DNA of 63,691 nt, counting the filler, from Squatina squatina (lineage: Eukaryota), in NCBI GenBank assembly GCA_031763465.1. It is 4 parts of 4 records of this genome, joined end to end, with 100 filler letters (N's around TTAATTAATTAA, not from the genome) between each part and the next. Parts side by side here need not be neighbours in the genome. Positions count along the whole stretch, not along the records: positions 51,012 to 63,691 come from JARFOE010000120.1; 3 more parts are not named here. One strand, given 5' to 3'. Below, in pieces: positions 53,092-63,691 of this stretch. A model generated the notes under the pieces. It had not been told where the DNA came from and made no database searches. It saw only the letters and a list, made by a program, of their open reading frames with translations. Within the stretch, counting starts at the first letter, position 1; every line of letters starts with the position of its first letter. The position numbers and the translations under genes were made by a program.

Positions 53092-56000
53092 GGCTCACAA
53101 ATATCGAGTTCAAGTAGCGAGTGAGAATCTTAAAACTGGAATCCCTGAGGCAGCACTCTATCAATACCTGAGTGAAAGACGGCAACGTTAACTGTGAACT
53201 GAAACAAAAAGCTACGCACCTCCCCATCCAATAAGCAAGTATTCTCCTTCTACCCCCTCTTGTCTACTCTATCCTCTCCAACGTGAGCTGCCCAAAGCTG
53301 GACACACAATACTAACTGCAGTCTAAGCAATGACTTCCATTGGTTTAACATTACTTCTTTGCTTCTGTACTACATATCCTTATTTATGAAACATCTCTGA
53401 TGCTTTTTTCACAGCTTTATCAATTTGTCGCTCACCCCTTAAGTCTCTGCTTCTTTACTTTATTCCATTTCTGCTATATTAGTTGCATCTGACCCTACCT
53501 CCTGCAACTTGCCATCACTGAGGCTCTTTTAGCCCAGCTCCTCACCTCAACCTTTCACAAGTTACAACTCGCTCAAAATTCGTCAGCCCGTGCCCCCTCA
53601 CTAGCAAAGTCCTCCATATAAGAAGACTTGTCAATTTCTATCATTACTTTCAAATCGCACCATGGACTCACCCCACCCTACCTCAGTAAATTCCTCCAGT
53701 CTTGCATCTCCACAAGTTTTGTTGTAGATGCTCATTGTGAGTTTTTCCAATAACAGCCATTGACTGAGGAAGCTGATTGAAATAAACAGGAAAACTAATT
53801 CCAGCCACAATATTAGCACAGTGATATTCAGCAATTGTTTATCTAGAGCCAGGCTTGAATAAGTCTGTTAACAAGACCATATGGAGAACATTATAATAAT
53901 CTCTATTTCTAATAATGGCCTTGTACATGTCAGAAACCATCACAAATCATTTTGTCTTAAACAGTAATAAAAGGAACAATTATAAGCAATGCAAGTTCAG
54001 CAGTCAGAATTTAACCAGTAATACAGTAATTAGTGAATTCCAGTTGCACCATAATTAGCTAATTTAGCATAAATGCAAATATGGTGATTTATTTGTTTAA
54101 AGCCTCATGGCAAATCAGAGTAACTTTTCTTGGTCTTGCCAAAACAGTTCCCGAATCTCACCAAAACTGTTGCTAAACAAGTTGACCTCTAGAATATCAC
54201 GGTTTTCAGACCAGAAATCACATTTTATGCAATGTTGTAACTAATTAGGACCCAAATATTTAATTGTCATCAGTTGTTTGTTTCTTTTCCATTTACCTGA
54301 GCACCTTGTTGTGCTATCATTAATCACGGGGCCTGTTTACCACGCAGAGAGTTGGCATCGAAGTTGCTTAACAAATACCACAGCGTTTATCTGGACCTTA
54401 TTAAAGCTTTGGGTTATTACATTATTTTTGTGTAAAACATGCACGACTCACTGAGTTAATGACTCCTTTCATCATTCCCAAAAGGGGCTGCTTGATGGAA
54501 CTGGAGCAGAATATTTTTACTTAAGACTCACTGAGCCGTTCTCTGGAATCTTTCCAATTTATATCAGTGCTGTCACAGTTGTTATCTTCTTACCCTGGAG
54601 AGAAAGTTGGATTTAGGTTGTACGTGGCTCTGCAATGTAACCAGAAACCCGATTTATAAAACGAATGGCAGAAGTAATCAAAGCATTTGATCTGAAATTG
54701 AATTTTTGATGGAAACCTATCCGAGGAAAATAATAAAGAACACAGGATTCACAAATGGAAAGATTAAGAATTTATTTTATAGTGTATTTATGTTGTAGAT
54801 GCAACACAGTATTTATTGAGGCCAAAGACTGAAGTAGTTGCATTCTTGAAAATCAAGCTTTACCTGACATTCCGAGAGTGGACACTGATTTGGAGCACGT
54901 TTCATCAATTCTTCATTAACAGGCTGAGAAAGGTGCTCGAATGTTACATTTTTCAATCTAAGACGTGACTAGAATTGAGAACGCTTTGGACTGAAATAAT
55001 CTTAACAAGTTGTACGCAACATTCAAATTCAAACAAAACGGGAGGCGGCGGCACTTTACCTTTAAGTAGCGATGTGGGTGTACTTCTTAGGCATGTTTGC
55101 CGTCTTTACAAATGGGAGCAAAAAGAATGGCCGTCTCTAAACGCCCGAGAACAACGCTGGTTGTCTTTTTAAAATGAGGTAAAACCGCAGCTTACAATTC
55201 GAGCTTCCCAACACTGTTCGCCTTCCCTGCAGTTCCGAATAATACAGATTCCCAAGCGTTTAACTCCAAACTCTCACCATCCCGCCTGACAACTTGTTCA
55301 TAATGGATATATATATATATGTTAAATAAGCGCCCTGGAATGACACAAGCCAGATGACACACTAACGTCTAAAGCAAAATGCTGGAAATCTGAATTAAAA
55401 ACAGAAAATTGTTCTTAAGCCGCATTAACTTATCTGGTGCACATTATTTTCACTTTGCAACATTTTTCCCCATTTTCTGGCCAGTTTCATAAACTTAAAA
55501 AAAATCGATGAATTTGGTGAAGAAATCTGCATTACTGGAATGACATCAGTAAGTACTTGGCAGAAAATAAATATTCAGGGAATAGGAGCTTAGAGATATT
55601 TTTAAAACTGTACTAGTTATTTTATTATATGTTTCAATCCTGTATCAGTCCTTTAAAAGCAGCAAAATGGCTACAAAAGCGGAAATGCGCTAAATAGGAC
55701 ACTGAGAGNNNNNNNNNNNNNNNNNNNNNNNNNNNNNNNNNNNNNNNNNNNNNNNNNNNNNNNNNNNNNNNNNNNNNNNNNNNNNNNNNNNNNNNNNNNN
55801 NNNNNNNNATTAGATTCAAAATTCGATGAGATTTTAACTACCGGGTGGTCGTCCCCCATTATACCTTCCCCAGCTAAGAACAAGTGTAGAGACCCAGGCT
55901 AATCTATCTGCCAATGCTGTAGCACAACAGACGAGGAGGAGTGGCTCACGAGCAGCCCAGGCTGATGTGCCCTCTAATCCTTCCCCTCTCCCTGAAGGGA

Positions 56001-58728
56001 AGCACTTGTCCTTCACTCTACATCTTCACTCTGATGGCAAGCCTCAGATTGAAAAACTCACCATATGCAGAGCCACAATTGTGACCTTGCTTCCTGTGTT
56101 GGAGTTCCAACATGTCACACCATCGTGCTATCAATCTGAAGCTTTTCTTCTTGTTAACAAGCTTTTTTTGCTGTCTGGGATAGGATATGTCCTTGATGAC
56201 ATGTGTTGCACAAAGAGTATGGGGTTTCAGATGGTTTCCGGACCTAGCTTGTGTTCTTCTGATCTGATTAGCACAGATGCAGGGGCAGATTTATTTTGTG
56301 TCTCTGCCCGTAGTGCACAGTAGATCAGGACAACAAAAAGCAGTAGCCAAATCTGCACACACAGGAATAGGGAAGGCAGTACCAGTACCAATGAGGACTC
56401 NNNNNNNNNNTATTCAAAAATGCGTATCTCCAGATCCATCACAATTGGAGAAATGTTAAGAGAGCGTTATGATCCAAAAGAGTGATACAAATCACAAACT
56501 CATTTAAATATTTGGACTTGTGTTTATTTCTATGAGTGAGCTACTTCAAAATAGATGACATTTCTAAGCCAAAGTGAGCGCAACCTGACAGGCGAGTGAA
56601 GAATTTTTCTCCTGCAGATTTGCAGGTAAGTGGAATTGACAGTTTCTTGATTGTTACACGAGAGCTAGGATATGTTAAAGCCCTGCATACATAATAGGTA
56701 GAGTTGATTTTTTATGATTTTTCTATTAAAGCCAATCTGGGTCAGTCAAGCAAATTATTATGTAGACGTGGCACAGGCACAACAGTTACCAAGCACACGG
56801 GGCAACCGGTATCAAACAAATATTGCTTAGTCTCCGAAAGTTATCATTCTGAATTTAAAAGCGGTCAGGTCTAATTGAAATTCACGTTGCATTGAACTAT
56901 AACTTAGCGCATATGCCATGGATTATACTGATGTCCCAGATCTGCTGAGATCTCCAGCTGTTCATCTGGCTATCAGTATTCTTTCATCACTTTGCTATCA
57001 CCATGCCATCTGCTCCAATATCTGAAGCTGTCAAAGATTTTTCTGAAGGTTAGGACTGGTCTGCTGGCCATCTACTGCTGCAGCATGTGATATGCAGCTG
57101 AACCTTCTGATAAGGCATGTGACTAATTTGCTCGAGCCTATTTTAATTGTATCCTGAAGATCGTAGCCTAATCAAAATGATCGGATTTGTAATGTTGCTT
57201 CATCAGCTTACTTAGTAATTAATTCTGTAATTAAATCTGAATTAAGGCAACTAAACACAGTAGATGGCTCTTAATGGGAACACTTCTGTCGCGATTAATG
57301 TTTACTTCAGCTACTTATTACGAATACTGTAGAATGAGGTCTTGTTCTGTGTGCCTAAGGGGATAGTGCCTTTAAATTAAGGTTATCACAAGCTACCCAA
57401 TGTATAGAGTGCACCATTCTTAAACAGGGTGTCTCAACAACAGCACTTTCACAATTAAACTGTTACAAGGACTTATGATGAACTTTAACACGCGTTTGAG
57501 TGTACTGATCATACCTGTAAATGTTTGGAAAATTTTTGTTCATACATTGAACGTTGATATCACTGGTAGACGTAAGGGAAGTGTTACAGATCCTACGGTT
57601 AGAAATTTGTTGTAGCCAAGGAATAGGCGGTGTAGGTAGAAAAGTTGGAGAAACGCAAATGCTTTAGACTGCACGAAAAATTCATTCTCACTGCTCAATA
57701 AAATGGTTCGAGTCCTAAATCAAGTCTTAAAACCTAAGCTTATTGGCGTAACTCTTAAAAGGTGGACCAATATCGGGTGCAGTTTAATCGCAACTCGTCA
57801 TTGCACAGGCTTTTTTCACTACTTAAAGGGGAGGTTCATTGATGCTGCAGCAGCTCATTCTCAGCATTGCTGGCCGTGCAGCTGCTCCAGCAAGCAGAAG
57901 CAGAACAAGGAGAAGGAGCCGGAGGACTAAACCAGGTGTGTTAATAGTAGATCCACGCCCCAGGGAGAGAGCCCNNNNNNNNNNNNNNNNNNNNNNNNNN
58001 NNNNNNNNNNNNNNNNNNNNNNNNNNNNNNNNNNNNNNNNNNNNNNNNNNNNNNNNNNNNNNNNNNNNNNNNNNCCGGAGTTATGGAATTCCAGGGCCAA
58101 GGTGTTGAACCAGGGCAGTCTTCGTGCTGTGGGCTGGGAAGAAACTGGATAAGAAGGACGCAAACAGGGAGTAGAGAGAGTGCGTTCAGGACCTTGCAAA
58201 CGATGGGCAGATCACATAAAATAGCAACTGCTGGAAATCTGAAATAAAAATGCACAACAGGTCAGTCAGCATTTGAAAGATAGTTCTGAAGGCCTGATGT
58301 ACACTTAAAGTATTTTATATTGTAAATTAAGAAAGTAGAAATTGCAGATTTATAGGAATAAGACATATGGCAAGTAGAGTATGAAAGACTATGTATTGTG
58401 TTTTGAAATATGCATGACAGGTTTTCCTTACATACAATGTGTACAATGTGATTTTGACTCTTTAATGTTTGCGAACAGGTTGTGTTGTCTGTTTTCCTCT
58501 GTCTGCCATCTGGCATGTTACTGTAATGTGGAAGCTATTTAATCAATATGTCCTTCACAATATAAGCAAAAGATTTCCTATGCAAGCAGATGCCTGAGTG
58601 AAGGACAGTGAAACATTCTCAGCCTGATGAGACTTTCCCCAAGAGCAGGCTTGCTTTATTTTGTTTGCAAGTTAAGAGTAATATAATAATTCATTCCTTT
58701 CTCTTGTGGCAGGACTTAAGTGCCAGCT

Positions 58729-58827
58729 TGTCTCAGTTGGTAACACACTCAGCACTGAATCAGAAGATTGTATGACGGAGTCCCATACTGGGGTTTGAGC
58801 ACATAATCCAAGTTGACACTTCAGTGC
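58729..58827 (+). mobile_element. Degenerate 5' fragment of the same SINE
   Basis: TCTCAGTTGGTAACAC...CTGAATCAGAAGATTGT...TTGAGCACATAATCCAAGTTGACACTTCAGTGC. Confidence 0.7.
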
Positions 58828-58927
58828 NNNNNNNNNNNNNNNNNNNNNNNNNNNNNNNNNNNNNNNNNNNNNNNNNNNNNNNNNNNNNNNNNNNNNNNNN
58901 NNNNNNNNNNNNNNNNNNNNNNNNNNN

Positions 58928-59024
58928 GACTTGAGAAATGTCGGATCAGCCATGATCCAACTGAATGGCGGAGCGGGCTCGACGGGCCGAATGGCCTACT
59001 CCTGTTCCTACTTCTTATGGTCTT
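58928..59024 (+). mobile_element. CR1 3' end
   Basis: GATCAGCCATGATCCAACTGAATGGCGGAGCGGGCTCGACGGGCCGAATGGCCTACTCCTG...TTCTTATG. Confidence 0.8.
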
Positions 59025-61965
59025 AACAACACCGCTTCCATCTTCAAACAGTTAAAGGTTCAAAAAAAGTGAAAACAATTGTCTTTCCATTCGTTCTTTT
59101 GGGTTCAGGAAATCCAAACAATGTATTTCATCTGTCAGATCTCAATGTGCTTCCCCATTGTACCTGAATATGTCAAATATCTGTAATTATTCTTTCAGTT
59201 TATAGCTTAAAGGAGGGCTGGCAAAAAAAAAACTAACTGCATAATCTTTTTATTACAAAACATTGTCATGAAAAATTGAACCTCTGTAATAACCTGTTGC
59301 ACGACGACTAAACATTTTCACACAAAAAAATCCTGGTGTCAATATACTGAGAGTCTGTGTTTTTCTAAGCCAGTTTCAGGCAGCAGATGAGTGGGTGTCT
59401 CGAGTCTTATCTCATTCTGTTGATTCCGCTCCCTGGGGCATGCTTGTCAGCAGTGGATTATCTTTAAGTTGTTCCTCTCAGCACAGACCTGTCAGTGTTC
59501 TGTCACGCAGCCATCGGCCAAACTGTGCTATTTAAGTTGATGGAAAAGCCAATATTTCTACCAACATCCATCACAAAATCTCCGCATAAAATGCTGTGGT
59601 TTTTGTTTTCCCCCAGTGGGGAAAATATTCGAATGAGTGGGCTGCCGAGAACGATTTTGATTTCTACCTTTCTGTTAACTGCACACTCCTGGCAATGTGT
59701 CATAGTGTTCGGAAAAATCGGCCATTCCAGGCTGTGTAAATGTCTTGCTGCACATTGTGTGCACGGGCAGCTCCATTGTGCAGAGGATCTGTATGACTTT
59801 CACATTTTTCTGATTGAGAGCTGTGTGTTCCGCTGCAGGGTACAATAAACAAAATATTTCAAGCCTGTCTGTCACGAGAATGCAGCTTGCTACATTTCTT
59901 GAATGAACTGAAGGGATTAAAGTGCGGCGGCACAGAGCATTAATGTACTGACACTGTGCTATTGAGTTTTCGGGTAGACAGCGTGACGGTAATTGAAGAC
60001 GGGCAGACAACTCTTATGGTTACAGAGCAGCGCCTGCGGAAAAGAGGCGAAAAGAAGAAATATTTATTCAATTTCAAAGTAAAGTCATTAAACAGTCCAA
60101 AACTGAGATTTCACTACTTGCAGGAATAACGTTACACCACCGGCTGGAATGGTTGTCTGAGGCAATGCTTTTGACATTTCAGTTCNNNNNNNNNNNNNNN
60201 NNNNNNNNNNNNNNNNNNNNNNNNNNNNNNNNNNNNNNNNNNNNNNNNNNNNNNNNNNNNNNNNNNNNNNNNNNNNNNNNNNNNNGTAGTGTCCCCATGG
60301 ACAGGAGGGCATAATTTCATTGTGACATATTTAAAGTGTGATTGCATCTGAACACATGGTGTAAAATGACTTAAAATATGGCAGGAAAAACAAAGTAATA
60401 AAATAACACAATCTTCTGATATCTTATTGCCAGGCTTGTGAAATATACTGAAGCCCAATAAATATAAATGAACATAAATATGAATCAGGTAAATACCAAA
60501 CAGAAGACTGACCCTCTTTGAGATACTGTATTTTCTTTCTATTTGGAGATGTCATGATATTTCATTTGTATTAATCAAGTATAATGAGTCCAATTACACA
60601 AGTATCTCACCAGTGATTGTTCTTATCAGGCTGCAAAAATTGAAAAGCTGAACTATTTTCAATCTGCTTTGCATGCTACATTAAGCTTCATATGGCTCTG
60701 GTAGAATTGTTTTATTCTTTCCACCAAACACATCAACTATTTCATGGTTTGCCATTTGTTATTATATTAAAATGTTACCATAAATGTTTCTACAGAAAAG
60801 CCCATTCAATGTGACCTTGTATGCTAAGAAAGTCCCTATGTCAGTAAACATAAGTTTGCAGCAGCAAGTTATCCATTTAACGTGGAGCTGACTGCATCAA
60901 TTACAGGGTTAATTGAAATCAACTCTGTCAGGAGCAAAGCATAGGAAGTCATTCTCATGTGATTTGTTAATCAATAAAACGTTGTCTAAAAACTCAGCAA
61001 TCAAATGATTAAGTACAATTACTTTCCCTTTATTGCAGATAGGAAACCGATTCCTGCCTGCAGGATCCATGATGACCTAATTCCAGCTATATATGTCAGT
61101 TTCACATTGATTTATTCTGAAGGAGTGCTAGTCAAAGAGATGATTATCCACTAGCCTACAACTCAGGGATCTCTAATGTGTCTTCAAATGGATTTTCAAG
61201 TTTTCAGTTATGTCCCTGTGGTTGGAATATTCCCTATCAACATATTACTGTTGCAGATTTGCTGTATTGCATATTTCATTCCAGAATTTGCATTCTCAAA
61301 GAAACTGAAAAGTGAAACAGAAGCTGAAAATAAAGGTCATTCCTTTCAAAGAAATGTTCTCTATATATTAGGTTTTTTAGAAAACATACTTGGACATAGC
61401 TAAATTAAAAATTAATGTTGCTCTTTGCGTTTCTGGATTGACAAAGCGGGATTACTGGAATCTATAATGCAACCAAGCACATCTCATGTGAGTACCTCAA
61501 ACCACATACTGATAAATTGCACATTGAAACAAAGCAGGCTATCCAGGGGGATATCAATCCTTCCTGCGACTGAAATGCAGTGTCACTCAAAGACCTAAAA
61601 CAGCCCCATTTATCATAGTGGCTCACTGCTACTTTTAAATCTTGCATTCTATTTAATACTATATAAGTAACATTATTCTAACCTCTGTAAAAATGTTCAG
61701 CATCATCACATTCCTTTTCAGAGTGTTCTTAGGGGCAAATCATAAACTATGGAGGAGAAATTGAGCTCTGTAGCACCCATTTTTTAGATGATGCACGACC
61801 TTGTTCAAATGCGCACACTTTTGACGGGAAGTGCGCTTGACGCCATCTTACGAAAGAGGCTTGCAAGCGCACATCTAACGACCGTCGGTGACATGACATC
61901 AATCAGTGTGCAACACTGATCTGACGCCAGCACTGCCATTTTTTAATGGCATGCTCCGGCCTGTC

Positions 61966-62025
61966 TTAAGAAAGACTTGCATTTATATAGAGCCTTTCAC
62001 GACCACCGGCCACCTCAAAGTACGC
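61966..62025 (-). mobile_element. SINE/L2 3' tail fragment
   Basis: AAGAAAGACTTGCATTTATATAGAGCCTTTCACGACC matches the tails at 49641 and 19720. Confidence 0.6.
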
Positions 62026-62530
62026 CGCTACTTGTTCCCACTGCCTCCTGAGCATATATCTGGAGGGCCATGTGCCCTTTGTGGATGCAGGGCATCTCAC
62101 CTTTCCACCAAGATCTCCAATGCATTGTCTGAAAACCCTGGTGCTCGCTGTCCCGTATGCTCAGCCCTTGTTCAAAGTATCGCAGCCCAGACTGAATTTT
62201 GAAANNNNNNNNNNNNNNNNNNNNNNNNNNNNNNNNNNNNNNNNNNNNNNNNNNNNNNNNNNNNNNNNNNNNNNNNNNNNNNNNNNNNNNNNNNNNNNNN
62301 NNNNAATCGCCCTGCCCAGGCAATCGCCCTGCCTCCAGTTTGACTTTGGAGTTGGCACATGGCGGCATTCCCAAAACACCAGCTTTTGAGCTTGCGGACT
62401 TTGATTATGACGTATGTCATTTATTCACAGCCCGGATGAATGGCATTAATTCATCTCAATTTCGTTAAATCTGCTCCTCTTGTGCTGGGAATTGCTAAGA
62501 AATAACTTCTTCCAATAACAGACCGCTTAC

Positions 62531-62635
62531 CTCTCCATTTCCAGGTGAATCGCCATTTCCAAAGGTACTTGTCACCACCAAGACCAGCGACTCTTTGGCC
62601 AGGCCACTCATATCATAGTCATCCATGCAGACAAC
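62531..62635 (-). CDS. NOS2: Nitric oxide synthase FMN-binding (flavodoxin-like) exon, NOS2-like
   Basis: tatcag|[35 protein letters not shown]|gtaagc; 105 nt; phase 0-0. The NOS family call is secure. VVCMD and PGNGE favour NOS2 over NOS1/NOS3 (PPENGE). Not in ORF track. Confidence 0.75.
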
Positions 62636-63691
62636 CTGATAGTAAAGAACATCACAACCAAATAACCATTAGAGTCATGGTGGATGAAGAGGATAGTTTG
62701 AATATAAAGCAGGCCTTCAAAGTCCCTTATAATGAATCAAAACAGTTTGAGCATATTTGTACACATGGAAGAACAAAGCGATGGAAGCTAATTTTGTCTC
62801 AACAAGGTCCGCACTGGGGAATGGAATATTTTCTTACGTTTTCTGCCCAACAGCAATATTGACTACTTGCAGGTCAGGTACAGCACAGAGGGTAAAATTC
62901 CCTCAATTCTGCCTCATCACAATCTCAGAAGAGCATTTTCCATTTCCTGCCTTTGTGCACTGATGTGGCGCTCACGTCCCCTGCTGAACGACGTTCGCCG
63001 AAAGGACTTTGGCAGACCTTGGAAGAAAAAACACACAAACGCCGACCTTTCCAGCCAGAAAAACAAGAAGATGGCGGCGATGTGGCCTGCTCGGATGTGG
63101 AAATCGCCGGCAATGTTGATGCGGAGTTCGGTGGCACTGACTTTCACCAGGTAATGCCGTGGCCTGTGGCCGGCTCCTGCGTTCCCTGTGCTGGCAATGT
63201 TACCTGCCGTTGGCAGGGACCCTGCGGAACAGGTTCCAGTGCTGAAGGAGTGATCTTGCTGTTCATGGCATTATTACCGCGTGCTTAATGTGTCCCATTC
63301 CCCCAAAAAACGCTGCGATTCCGCTTCAGAACGGAACGCTGTGAAATGTAACCATTTGAAGTTTGTACTTTGACACAGTGTTATAGTTCTAACCAGGTAC
63401 TTACAAAGTCAGTTGTATTTACTCAATATTTTGCTGTTGGCTGCAAATGAGAACTTACTTTTATGGGTGTGAGTTGGGGTATTTGATTCCCACTCCCTCA
63501 CTCTTCTCAATAAATGTTGTGAAATGAGTGGAATTCCTAAGTTATTTTGATTTTTTTTTTAATTCCCAGTTTCATAGTTTTTTAAAAAAAATTGTGATGA
63601 ATTGACAGTGAGAAATTGCTCACTTTCCAAAGTAAGATGTTCAAAAAAGTCATGTTTTATAGTTAAATAAACGAATCATATTTACTGTCTC

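Noticed and set aside
61039-61080. Possible short terminal exon IGNRFLPAGSMMT* after a strong acceptor
   Set aside because: Too short to assign to a gene.

Overview
This is vertebrate genomic DNA, most likely from a cartilaginous fish (shark-type Deu-domain tRNA SINEs, CR1, L2, Penelope and GC-rich Harbinger-type repeats). It is not prokaryotic and not a contiguous locus. Dozens of short contigs are joined by 10-N, 100-N and longer gaps. Three artificial N44-TTAATTAATTAA-N44 linkers (14519, 35097, 50956) split the window into four blocks. Block 1 holds the NFIB DNA-binding exon. Block 2 holds six GUCY1B1 exons plus RBM46, MAP9 and FSTL5 exons, all human 4q32 genes. Block 3 holds three GLIS3 exons. 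Block 4 holds a CABP7-like exon, the last exon of a GRPR-like receptor and a NOS2-like FMN-domain exon. Several of these exons are missing from the ORF track and were found by reading splice sites. Gene names come from recalled similarity to human proteins, not from a database search. I see no convincing new multi-gene system. The best leads are: possibly retained paralogues in block 4, an Asp two residues before the heme-ligand His of sGC beta1, a candidate alternative first exon of NFIB, recursive-splice-like motifs, and several MITE families that may be uncatalogued.
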